Program-made: the position numbers and the translations under genes
Assembly (NCBI GenBank): GCA_013239625.1
Contig: MU054187.1
Coordinates: 18,096,711 to 18,160,710 of the forward strand
Origin: Lama guanicoe
Taxonomy: Eukaryota
DNA: 64,000 nt
Direction of reading: 5' to 3'
Shown: piece after piece, positions 1 through 12,016 of the stretch
How positions within the stretch are numbered: position 1 is the first letter of the stretch
Layout of the letters: every line of letters begins with the position of its first letter
The notes under the pieces: generated by a model
Database searches by the model: none
Seen by the model: the letters and a program-made list of their open reading frames with translations, nothing else
What the model was told of the DNA's origin: nothing

Positions 1-139
1 TCTAATCCCTTTTGACAGCCAAGGTGGCTTCAACTGGATTTGGTCCACTGGCCACCGTTTGCCAACCTCTGAATTAGTCTCTACGGTGCCTGATTTATTG
101 GACAGTAGGACCCTGCCTATGGCATATGGGGCGAAAAAA

Positions 140-640
140 TAAACCAAAACCCAAACTGACTTTCTCAGTGAAGGAAACTTATCATCTCATATAACTGAAA
201 GTCCAGGCATAAATTTAACATTAGGCCAGACGTGATCCAGGAATGCAAATAACAACGTATGGTATTTGTTTCCCTCCACCTCCTACCTTAGACTTCTGCT
301 AGTTGAATTTACCCTTGGGCTATCTGCGATGGACCCTGACACTTCATGGCTTACTTCTTTCTGCCAGTAGTTCCAAGGGAAAATGTATCTATGCAAGTCC
401 CAGGATTCACTGGAATCGAACCAGTTTGGGAGATATGTGTATTCCTGCACCAGTCATTGTCGGACCAGGACAATTGGAATTATGCTAATGGATCAATACT
501 GTGCCAACGATTAAACCAATCTTCCTGATAGATCCCTGACGTTGGGCATAGTGCCATTCCTGAATCATGCAGACCAAGAATAGAAGAATAATGGTCCCCA
601 GGCAACATGCAATACTGAGAAAGAGGGTACAGGTGGCAAA
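140..640. mobile_element. Old MaLR LTR (MLT1-type) remnant
   Basis: Motifs such as 'aaggaaacttatcatctcatataactgaaagtccagg' resemble recalled MLT1K/L consensus; boundaries approximate. Confidence 0.4.
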
Positions 641-856
641 TATCAATTGTATTTCCTTCTTGCAAATGAATACAGTTTCTGTGAAAAGTCATATTAAAAT
701 TGAAAAATATGTAAGCAATGACTATCACCTCTTTCGCAAATCCAGTCCTGACTCTTAAGAGGGAGATGACTGCTTCCACCTCTGTGTCCCTATAGTTCTG
801 TCCCCACATCACATCATCACAATCCATTAACGCCCTAAATCACTTGCTAACATACA

Positions 857-1356
857 CAGGGGTGCCCTCTTATTTGTAGGAGATACATTTCAAGACCCCC
901 AGTGGATACCTGAAACTTCAGATTGTACCAGACTGTATATATACTATGTTTTTCCCCACATATACATACCTATGATAAAATTTATTTTGTAAATTAGGCA
1001 CAGTAAGAAAATATCTGAATTGTCAACATCACTATTATGCTTTGGGGCCATTAAGTAAAATAAGGGTTACTTGAACACAAGCACTGCTGTGATTCCATGA
1101 CAGTCAGTCTGATAACCCAGCCAGTTACTAAGTGACCAAAGGGCTGTATGTGCTGGACAAAGGGGATGAATCATGTCCCTAGATGGGACAGAGAGGGACA
1201 GTGCAAGACTTCATCACCCTACTCAGAATGGCATGCAGTTAAAAGTTTATGAATTGTTTGCTTCTGGAGTTTTCCTTTTCCATTTAATATTTTTGGGAAT
1301 TTTTGACCTTGCATAACTGAAACTGTGGAAAGTGAAACCATGAATGGGTGGGGGAA
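857..1356. mobile_element. MER44-like non-autonomous Tigger (Tc1/mariner) DNA element
   Basis: 'tttcaagacccccagtggatacctgaaac...catacctatgataaa...taaattaggcacagtaaga' and 'taactgaaactgtggaaagtgaaacc' match recalled MER44; preceded by TA. Confidence 0.75.
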
Positions 1357-1379
1357 TATCTCCCCACCCATAACTACCT

Positions 1380-1715
1380 CTTCCATGAGATTTCCTTAAT
1401 TTTACCTTAATGTCGTTTTTCTGTTTGGGGACCCCATCTAAGGTAGCACACCATAGTTAGTAGTCATGCCTCCTTAGGCTCCCCTTGGCTGTGACAGTTT
1501 CTCACAGTTATGAAAAAATACTGGTCTGGTAGTTTATAAAACCTCCTTCAATGGAGATTTGTCTACTATTTTTCATGACTGGACTGCAGTGATGAGTTTG
1601 GGAGATGAAGACCTCAGAAGTTAATATTCCATTCTCATCACATCAGGTGAAGGCTACATATTGTCAACATGACTTATGACTGTTGATGGTGCCTTTGATC
1701 ACCTGGCTGAGGTAA
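1380..1715 (-). mobile_element. L1MC-type LINE-1 3' UTR fragment
   Basis: 'ccttaggctccccttggctgtgacagtttctca...tttgatcacctggctgaggta' typical of antisense L1MC 3' region. Confidence 0.6.
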
Positions 1716-2170
1716 TGAGACTTGAGCCTTTTTTCACTTAAAAATGATTTTGTGCCTTCTCCGTGACAGGTACTATATAGATGTTGAACAAATAAAGATG
1801 GTCCCTGCCCTCAGTGAAGGTACAGTTGAATAAGGGAATGTAACCAAATAGTTGCACAACCGATTGTGAACATTCATATCTGTATATACATCAATATCAT
1901 CTATACCTACATCAATATTGTCTCTCTCTTTATCTAAAACAGGGGCACTTTATTTCAGTTGATAGGTCAAGAAAAACCTCTCCAGAAAATGACTTTTAAG
2001 TGGAAATACAAATCATGAGTAGGAGAAAGCTAGACAAAGAGATTTGCAGAGAGAGTTTAAGACAGAAATGCCTATCTGAGCACCCTGCTGAGCTGATGGG
2101 AAGAGAGAGAGGATGAGAGAGAGAGAGAGATGTGGAAAATGGCCTGAAATGATCAAATGAAGTTGAAAGG

Positions 2171-2634
2171 TGACCAAAACAGCCTCAGTATTGTCCTGAG
2201 CTTGATTAAAATTAAGACAGCTCTCCTTCCTTCCCCACTATGCATGCCCCTGGCCTCCCGTTTCTTAAATCATTTACTTCAGAAAACTTGTAACTGTAAA
2301 TTCTTTCTCTGATCCTTTGAAATGTAAATCATTTTACAATCCACCTAGGTCTTTCTCAAGGATCTGGGAACCATCCCTTTGAACTGCAATCACTGAAGGA
2401 AACAGCATCCCTGTCTCCACTCTCTGTAGGAGGTTAGGCACCTAATTTCAAAAAGGGAAAATTAGCAAACATAGCTGGCCTAATCACCCTGATCAACCCC
2501 TCACTTTTCCATTAGCTCACCTCACAGTTTAAAATGTCCCCCACCTTTTGTTTCAGCAGAGTTTAATCCCTCTCCCCTATTGCAATAGTCTTGAATAAAA
2601 TTTCCCTTATTGATTCTTAACTAGTCTGGTGCAA
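2171..2634 (+). mobile_element. ERV1-class LTR (MER39/MER34-like), 3' end clipped; duplicated at 4214-4677
   Basis: Colinear similarity with the LTR at 28420-28975 ('agcttgattaaaattaagacag', 'aattagcaaaca', 'tattgcaatagtcttgaataaa', 'gtctggtgcaa'). Confidence 0.75.
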
Positions 2635-2668
2635 TAGTCTTGAATAAAATTTCCCTTATTGATTCTTA

Positions 2669-3154
2669 ACCAATGTGAAATGAATATGAATATGAATTTT
2701 TCATATTTTATGGCAAGCCAAGAAAAATTTAAGCATAAAAAGTCTTCTCTGCCCATTGACCTCCTCTTCCCTCACTGTGCATTGTGTATCTGTATGACGC
2801 ATCAACCAAACCTCTTCCCTCGGCAGGAACACCTGCTCAACCATAAAGAGCAACCTTCTCCTAGCATCAACATGACAATTCTTTAAAAGCTAACATTTCG
2901 TCTTGATCTTGTAAGGGGTCACATTTTCCACCAGGATGATGCTTAGGTCTGGGTAATGTAAACTGTCAATAATACGTCATTTACTGTACAGTCCTGTGTT
3001 GCAAAAAAAAGTTATATAACTATCTTGATTTCTAATGAGTGAAACAGTTCTCAAAGCTTTCCGAGATGCTCTTCCTTGGTTAGAATCCTCAAATTTAGCT
3101 CAAATAAAAGTTTCCATTTCTTTCTTAGATCAATGAATTAATTTCTTATTAACA
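2669..3154 (+). mobile_element. Second ERV LTR fragment (5'-truncated); duplicated at 4678-5163
   Basis: TATA-like 'ttatataa' ~3012, AATAAA ~3103, ends '...ttattaaca' with terminal CA. Confidence 0.55.
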
Positions 3155-3409
3155 ACAAGAGTACATACCTAGAATAGGTGGGAAAAGTTGTTTAACAAAT
3201 CAACTTAATGGTAGCAGAGAGTTAGAAAGTCCATGAGGACTTGAGGGGCCAAGACCCCAAAAGAAAAAGGAAGCTAACAGCAGGCAGCACTTTTGCCAGC
3301 AAACCACTTGAGTAAACTCTCAGGGACACAAACACCACACTCTGAAGAAGCTCAAATTCATGCAAAAAGGTTCACATGGAAGGTCCATGTAGAAGATGGC
3401 GAAGCTGCT

Positions 3410-3810
3410 GTATTCATAGTAGTCCACGGTCCACAGCTGAAACAGCCCAAGTGTTTAGCAACATTAGAGTAGATAAATACATTGCAATGTGTTCATACAA
3501 TAGAACTCTAGAGAGAATGAAAATAGCCTTCTGCTCCAGGCAACAATATGTATGAATTGCAAAAGCATAATATTGGGTTAAAAATAAGTGAATCTAATCT
3601 ATGGCCAGTAGGTCCCCTTCTCCAGGTATCTATGGTCAGTAGATATTAGAGTAAACAATGGGAACGTTATCACTAGAAGGCTTCTGGGAAGTACTTCTGT
3701 GACGCTAGCAATGTTCTACTTCTTTATCTTAGTGGTATTTATAGGGGTGCGTTCACTTTGTCATAACTCACTGAGCTGTTCTGTATGTTATAATCGAATT
3801 ACATTTTTTA
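3410..3810 (+). mobile_element. Old L1M(E) 3' UTR fragment; duplicated at ~5637-6037
   Basis: 'tattcatagtag...gaaacagcccaagtgt...gtagataaatacattg...ttcatacaatagaa' and 'gttcactttgtcataactcactgagctgt'. Confidence 0.65.
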
Positions 3811-4092
3811 CAAAAGAAATTTTAGATTGAACCAAAACAGAGGACTCTTCCTTAGCCATAGCTAGTAGTTTTTACCAATACTTTTGGGAACAGGAAGAGA
3901 AGCTGGAAGCTTATGAAAGAAATTAGAATCTCTAACTGTGTGCTGCAAAATATATGCAATAGAAATTGGATTTATTTTAAACAGTCTACTGTATAATCTA
4001 GTGTGTGCTGGTGTCAAAAACCTGTCCCCTTTCCTGGTTTATAGGTTATTTCCTTTAATCTTTTGGAGTCCATATTACCAAACATTTTTTTA

Positions 4093-6319
4093 AGAGAGTT
4101 TAAGACAGAAATGCCTATCTGAGCACCCTGCTGAGCTGATGGGAAGAGAGAGAGGATGAGAGAGAGAGAGAGATGTGGAAAATGGCCTGAAATGATCAAA
4201 TGAAGTTGAAAGGTGACCAAAACAGCCTCAGTATTGTCCTGAGCTTGATTAAAATTAAGACAGCTCTCCTTCCTTCCCCACTATGCATGCCCCTGGCCTC
4301 CCGTTTCTTAAAACATTTACTTCAGAAAACTTGTAACTGTAAATTCTTTCTCTGATCCTTTGAAATGTAAATCATTTTACAATCCAGCTAGGTCTTTCTC
4401 AAGGATCTGGGAACCATCCCTTTGAACTGCAATCACTGAAGGAAACAGCATCCCTGTCTCCACTCTCTGTAGGAGGTTAGGCACCTAATTTCAAAAAGGG
4501 AAAATTAGCAAACATAGCTGGCCTAATCACCCTGATCAACCCCTCACTTTTCCATTAGCTCACCTCACAGTTTAAAATGTCCCCCACCTTTTGTTTCAGC
4601 AGAGTTTAATCCCTCTCCCCTATTGCAATAGTCTTGAATAAAATTTCCCTTATTGATTCTTAACTAGTCTGGTGCAAACCAATGTGAAATGAATATGAAT
4701 ATGAATTTTTCATATTTTATGGCAAGCCAAGAAAAATTTAAGCATAAAAAGTCTTCTCTGCCCATTGACCTCCTCTTCCCTCACTGTGCATTGTGTATCT
4801 GTATGACGCATCAACCAAACCTCTTCCCTCGGCAGGAACACCTGCTCAACCATAAAGAGCAACCTTCTCCTAGCATCAACATGACAATTCTTTAAAAGCT
4901 AACATTTCGTCTTGATCTTGTAAGGGGTCACATTTTCCACCAGGATGATGCTTAGGTCTGGGTAATGTAAACTGTCAATAATACGTCATTTACTGTACAG
5001 TCCTGTGTTGCAAAAAAAAGTTATATAACTATCTTGATTTCTAATGAGTGAAACAGTTCTCAAAGCTTTCCGAGATGCTCTTCCTTGGTTAGAATCCTCA
5101 AATTTAGCTCAAATAAAAGTTTCCATTTCTTTCTTAGATCAATGAATTAATTTCTTATTAACAACAAGAGTACATACCTAGAATAGGTGGGAAAAGTTGT
5201 TTAACAAATCAACTTAATGGTAGCAGAGAGTTAGAAAGTCCATGAGGACTTGAGGGGCCAAGACCCCAAAAGAAAAAGGAAGCTAACAGCAGGCAGCACT
5301 TTTGCCAGCAAACCACTTGAGTAATCTAGAGTGATGACAGACTGACTGAGAAGTTGAGCAGAATTTTCAGAAGTTTCATCTGGTATGATTGCCCCAACTA
5401 TTTCTGCCCCTCCTTACACACACAAAAGGAACTTCTCTCTTCTCCTTTGGAATCTGGGCTGCATCTGACTGGCTTTGAACGCAGAAGTGATGTTGTGAAA
5501 TTTCTAAACTTAGGCATTAAGAATGCCTACCTGCTTCAACGTCTCTCAGGGAACACAAACACCACACTCTGAAGAAGCTCAAATTCATGCAAAAAGGTTC
5601 ACATGGAAGGTCCATGTAGAAGATGGCGAAGCTGCTGTATTCATAGTAGTCCACGGTCCACAGCTGAAACAGCCCAAATGTTTAGCAACATTAGAGTAGA
5701 TAAATACATTGCAATGTGTTCATACAATAGAACTCTAGAGAGAATGAAAATAGCCTTCTGCTCCAGGCAACAATATGTATGAATTGCAAAAGCATAATAT
5801 TGGGTTAAAAATAAGTGAATCTAATCTATGGCCAGTAGGTCCCCTTCTCCAGGTATCTATGGTCAGTAGATATTAGAGTAAACAATGGGAACGTTATCAC
5901 TAGAAGGCTTCTGGGAAGTACTTCTGTGACGCTAGCAATGTTCTACTTCTTTATCTTAGTGGTATTTATAGGGGTGCGTTCACTTTGTCATAACTCACTG
6001 AGCTGTTCTGTATGTTATAATCGAATTACATTTTTTACAAAAGAAATTTTAGATTGAACCAAAACAGAGGACTCTTCCTTAGCCATAGCTAGTAGTTTTT
6101 ACCAATACTTTTGGGAACAGGAAGAGAAGCTGGAAGCTTATGAAAGAAATTAGAATCTCTAACTGTGTGCTGCAAAATATATGCAATAGAAATTGGATTT
6201 ATTTTAAACAGTCTACTGTATAATCTAGTGTGTGCTGGTGTCAAAAACCTGTCCCCTTTCCTGGTTTATAGGTTATTTCCTTTAATCTTTTGGAGTCCAT
6301 ATTACCAAACATTTTTTTA
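4093..6319 (+). repeat. Tandem duplication, copy 2 (2227 bp)
   Basis: Begins 'agagagtttaagacagaaatg' like 2050 and ends 'ccaaacattttttta' like 4092; three substitutions seen by eye. Confidence 0.98.
5383..5610 (+). mobile_element. MLT1-type MaLR LTR 5' part (largely deleted in duplicate copy 1)
   Basis: 'ctcctttggaatctgggctgg...tgactggctttga...aggcattaagaatgcct' resembles MLT1 consensus. Confidence 0.55.
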
Positions 6320-8729
6320 TTTATTGTGGGACCTGAGCTCCCCTTCCTCGTCACTCACTGATCTCATTCTGTTTCAGTAAATGGATTGTCTTCTGGGTCA
6401 AAGCGGTTCAGATGAAAATGCTCAATTTTCTCATCCTTCGGCATATTTGTTTTCTAATTTACATTTCTCCATCTCGTTTATGTCTTTAAATATCACACTC
6501 TAAACTGATGGCTTTCAGTCTGAGACATGAAGCGTCTCAGTTTTCACAAAGGAAACAGTTCTGTCTGCCCATCAAACATAAAGTATCAGAGAGAAATGTG
6601 ACTGTTTGTGAAGCCATTTCAGCTGGTTCAGGGAGTTTGCTCTCACCTATTCACTTAGAGCCATTAAACCTGACAGCTTCCGGCCTTCAAATGATCCCTG
6701 TGGTGTTAAAAGTCTAAGTGTAGATTGCACGTCATCCAGCTAAGTTACAACGGTTGCTAAGCTATTTCCTCTCCACAGAGATCCCGTACAGCCCCTTCTC
6801 AATGATAATTGTACATTTTTTCCCCATCTATTCTTTCACTGAGCTTCTGGTACATTTCTATACCATTTGTTGCCATTTTAAAAAATTACAGTCATATTCA
6901 GCTTTTTACTCTTTGGTTTTATAAGAGAGCAGATTATTACTATACTGTCCTAAGCATGAGGATACACAGCTGAAAATGCATAACCGCAGAGCGCAATTGA
7001 TTTCTTAAGAGACTCTCAGTTGAGTGTTTTCTTTAGGAAGAGCTATACAAAGCATCATTATAATATTTGAAAGCAATGACAGACACAACCCCTTAAAGAG
7101 GTAAAATAGCAAATAAATTATATCAAGGAAGAACTACAGGACTCTCAAACTGAGTGACCTCAAAGATCAAGCTCCAACCTGCAAGTTTAGAGCTGAGTCA
7201 GCTAAAGTTGAGGATGGAAAATGGCTGCCCAGGGCCGGCCTGCCAGCTAGTGGGAAGGGATGAGCTGACACTGAAACCAGGTCTGCTCTACATCACACAA
7301 CATATACATTTATAGCAAGTGCCAAAATGCAACAACAAAACCAGTCGTAAAACTCAGATAATTGTCGTGATCCACTTCCCTTGATATCCATTGAAACAAT
7401 TGTGCCATAGTATAATTTTTCTCTCTTGTCAGGCAACCTCCGTTTTCCTCAACAAGTGATATTAACTATCCTGACCTTAAAACCAGAGTGATCTTCTCAG
7501 TACCAGATCTCTCAAAACAAATGCTCTCTATAGACATTTTATGTGACATCTTATTTAAAGTGGTGTGGAAATAACAGAGGTCAAACTGTCCTAAATGGAG
7601 ATATGTTAGGTGAAACATGCCAAACGGAAAAACCATAATGTAGCCAAGATAGAAAGGGAAAGTAGGAAAGAAAGGAAAGAAGAAAAGGACATAGAAAAAG
7701 AGAGAAGGTCGATGAGTAGTTGTAGAATTAAAGAAAGTAAAATCCAAATCGTCCCACTGTGGAGAGATGAAGGCAGACCATTCTGTTAAATTGAGGGTCA
7801 CACCAAGAGTGACAATGTCCTACTATAGATGTCTTTTGGGGACCAGCCCTGAAGCACATTCACATTGTGACATACAATCTACTGATGTTAGATGTGATGT
7901 CGCTAGAGTGACCAGTAGACTTTACTAGCACTGGAAATGAATGCAAAACACATGTGAAAGCATAGCCACCCCCTAGGAAATGTTCCATTTCTTATGCAGC
8001 AAAGCCACACACATACCAATAAAATCTGGTTTCATTTCCAATGTGTACTTTTGTTAGATATGTTGACGATGGGCTATTCGGTTGAAAAACATTTCAGCAA
8101 AACTATTTCTTTTTGAATGCTGAAATCATACCAAATAATTTGGGAGAAAGTAAGATGGACAGGTCAAAAAATACTCAACACATCTATTACTAACCCAGAA
8201 ATATTAGCAGTGAATTCCAGGCGAGTTGAGATGACTGTTGCAGGCATGATAATGATTCTTTCTACATCTAGTAAACAATCCCAAAAAGATGTGTCAACAT
8301 TAACAGGACATTAAACACTAGCATGAAATGAAGTGGGGGAAGCAAAGGAGAACAGCAGTTGTTAAAGAATGAGTTGAAGGATTAGATCTTTAACCACCGA
8401 TTTAAAATATCAAAGATTGTTTACTTGCAAAAAGCTATTTGAAAAATAAAATATTTATTTAATAAATTATTTGGACACTCATGGTAAGCAACATGTTGGT
8501 TTTGGTTTTAATTTAATGAATCTAACTGAGCATGTAAACTAATTATTTTGGCTTTATATATGCAAAACCATTGACCCTTTCCTTTGCATTTTTTTTCCTC
8601 CTTTAGTAATCCAGGTAAACAAAAATGAATTAATCATCCTCTTTGGTTCCTAAATGCACAGCCAGCATTGGTCTGTGAACAGTCTACTTTTATTCATTCT
8701 TTGGTTCATTTACTTTTTAAAATTATTTT

Positions 8730-9495
8730 TTAGAAATTGTGGTAACTGTGCATAATTTACAATTTACGATTTGAAAAAAATTTTTAAAATATAGTTCAGC
8801 GACATTGTTTACAATTTACAATTTAAAAAAAAATTTTAATGTATGTAGCGTCAGTGGCATTAAGTACACTGACATTGTTGTCCAATTGTCACCACAGAAC
8901 TTTTTTTCATCTTGCCACGCCGAACCTCTGCACTGGTTAAGAACTCCTCATTCCTCCTCCTCCCAGGCCCTGGTGACTACCATTCTACTTTCTGTCTTTA
9001 TGAATTTGACTACCACCTCATATGAGTGCAATCAAACAGCATTTGTCATTTTGTGACAGGCTTATTTCACTTACTTAATGTCCTTAAGTGTCATCCACAT
9101 TGTAGCACATGTCAGAATTCCTTCCTTTTTAAGGGTGAATAATATTTATTGTTCTGTATTTATCACATTTTGCTTACCCATTCATCCATCGATGGATATT
9201 TGGGTTGCTTTCCTCTTTTGACTACTTGATTAATTCTGCTATAAACATGGCGTGCAGCTATCTTTTTGTGTCCCTGTTTTCAATTCTTTTGGAGATATGC
9301 CCACAGCAGGATCATAGGATAATCCCATTTTTAATTTTTTGAGGAATCCCCACTGTTTTTCCATAGCAGCCTCAACATTTTATATGCCTAGCACCTGTGC
9401 ACAAGAATTCCTCTCTGTTCACATGCTTGTCAGCCCTTGATATTTTCTGCTTTTTATAGTAGCCATCCTAGTGGATGTAGAGTGGTACCTCATTT
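8730..9495 (-). mobile_element. L1MB-type LINE-1 3' end
   Basis: 'cagtggcattaagtacac...cattctactttctgtctttatgaatttgactac...tagccatcctagtggatgtagagtggtacctcatt'. Confidence 0.85.
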
Positions 9496-10092
9496 TCACT
9501 TATTCATTTAATTTTAATACTACAACAAATACCCCTCAGTCTATCACCTAACCAGGCCTAAAATAAAACTGCATATTCCCCTTTCTCATTTCTTGCTCTG
9601 CCTCTCTCTAGTGGTTATCCAAAGTAATTGCTTAGCATTTTTGTTTTTTATAAATATATAAAGTTTTGCCATATACTGTAGGACTAAACTTCTCCTCTTT
9701 CACTTGAACCATGGCTATCACTCCTGAAGAAAAAGAGAGTTTAACAGACATTTCTGTCTAAATAGGAACAAAAATAATCATGGTGACACAGCCACTAAGA
9801 AGACAGTCAAACCCGCTCACTTCTTGTAGTTATAGTAAGTTGATCAAAAAAAATTCTGTGCTAATTAGTGAATTGAATTTAAGTAATTCAATTTAATGAA
9901 GAGCTGCTGACTGTGCTAGGCATTGCAGAAAAGATCCAAAAATGGTTATAAATGGTCCTTCCGTCAATATTGTGCTTACAATGTAGTCATTTATCTATCT
10001 ACTTCATAAACATGTGTTCTAAGCTATGGGATATACAAGGAAGTTTAACAGGCATTAGCAATCAGTCACAACCTTGCAGGATTATGTGATCT

Positions 10093-10490
10093 GTATTCTT
10101 AATCTTATGTTACCTGTGGCAGACACAAGTTTTCATTTAACCTGTTTCCTTTTCTTTTGAGCACATACTTAGAATATATTTTTCAGATCATTTTGTATTT
10201 ACTTGTGGTCATGCGACTAGGTTCTGGTTAACTGACTTGGGGAGGAAATGATGCATGCCACCTCTGAGACTGGAAACTTCCACTCACTCTAATCCTGTCT
10301 GCTAGCCTTAGGGGATGGTGGAAACACAAGTTGGAGGAAGCCTCTGTTCCTGAATGAATTTATATATGTCTGCCTGCTGAACAAACACATTAACAAGTTA
10401 TTGAGCCATAAATAAACTTCTACAGTGTTAAAACTCTTGAAATTATTTAGGGCTTATCTGTTACCATGGCTAGTATTTACTATATCTAAT
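10093..10490 (+). mobile_element. MLT1-type MaLR solo LTR
   Basis: 'gtggtcatgcgactaggttctgg', 'aaataaacttctacagtgttaaa...tctgttacc' typical MLT1 layout. Confidence 0.65.
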
Positions 10491-12016
10491 ATTCCTCCTG
10501 CTTCCGAAAGGATCTAAATTCAAAAATTCCCCCTTTCTTAGCATAATGAGAACCATAATTCTGAAAGCAGTGTGTCTGTAGAAAGAACATGAAGTTCAAA
10601 GTCTAGTTTTGTCATTCTATTAATTTACTCATTCAACAGATATTTTTATGCCCAAATTCCTTTTAGTGCTGATAAAACAGCAGGGAAGCAAATGAACAGA
10701 TCACTATTTTCATGGACTTTATTTCTAGAGTGCAAAGACAGATGAACAAGCAAGGGTATTGATGATACATGAAATACTGATGGTAAGGGTTAGAAAAGCA
10801 GTGCTTAGTGAGAGGTTAAGTGATTTTAAATAAAATAAATGTGAACACTGCAAGATAGTAAATTAAATATTTCAGAGAAATATTAAAAAGCTGAACACTA
10901 TTAAGACTTGAAAACGTACTTTAGTTATTTTAACTAAATCTGACTTTATTTAAAATGTATAAATGGTTATGATCAGTAGAGATATAAAGAGGATAATAAT
11001 ATTTAACTTATGGTGGTGATATTTTTGAAGGAATGCATTTAATGAGATATGTGCCTGTTATTCAGTGAGTATCAAAGAATGATAGCTGATTAAGTACAGA
11101 ATTTTCTGAAGTATAGTATTTATAAACCTTAAAGTGGCAGTGCTGGCTAAAAAAAAAGTCACAAGTCAGCCATGGAATACTTCCTAAATGGCTGATATAG
11201 ACCAAAGAATTATTAGAAGTGTGAGGTGGAAGGGCTCACCTGACCAAAAACATGACATTGAGCTTGGTTCTAAAGGCTGAAAGAGATTTGGTTAGGAAGA
11301 ATTAAGGAAAGAGAAACAACTGTGTCAACTAAAATGCAATGAGGAGAAAACAGAGATGTGGACAGAGAGACTGAGAAAACCAGTGGGATGCAGTGAAAAA
11401 TATACTTGGGGAGCTCATGTTTGAAAAATGGGCTCAAGCCATAAAAACAAACGGCCTTGAATATCAGGTTAAGGCATCTTGCAAACCCAATTTAGCAGTA
11501 GAAAGATGACACCAACATTGATTCATTCAACTGACAGTTTGTCAGGATAATGCCAGTCATTGCCGTCCTCCCAGCTTGTGGTACACTTCATAAAATTAAA
11601 CAACACATCTTTCATTCTTGGGCATCTTTAAAAGGTCACTGTCACAGAGCCCTGTCCACAGTCTATACTGAATGCATAATGTTCGTTACAGATTTATCTA
11701 ATCACCTTAACACACAAGCCAATTAGCATCATAAAAATTATTTCCTTACAGATCGAGGTAGATTAATATTTCTTGCATTATCCCAAAATGAGAAAACGTG
11801 GAAAGTGAAAAATTTTAGAATACTGAAGAAATTAGATCTGGGAAAGAAACATAGTTAAACTGACTCACTTTGCTTAAATTTACACCTTCACTTCCAGTAT
11901 AACTGAGTGAAAATCAGAAAAGCTTTTATTTTCCATTAGTATTAAATGGAATGGAAACCTTAGGGGTGGTAGAAACACAATTTAGGCAATAAATAAACTT
12001 CTATAGTGTTAAACTG

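Larger units (their letters stand above)
2050..4092 (+). repeat. Tandem duplication, copy 1 (2043 bp)
   Basis: Direct alignment to 4093-6319; offset 2043, then 2009 after a 34-bp insertion, then 2227 after a ~218-bp deletion. Confidence 0.98.

Noticed and set aside
2659..4895. Duplicated ORFs 2659-2886 and 4689-4895 (MNMNFSYFMASQEKFK...)
   Set aside because: Both lie within an LTR in the tandem duplication; identity reflects the DNA duplication, not coding constraint
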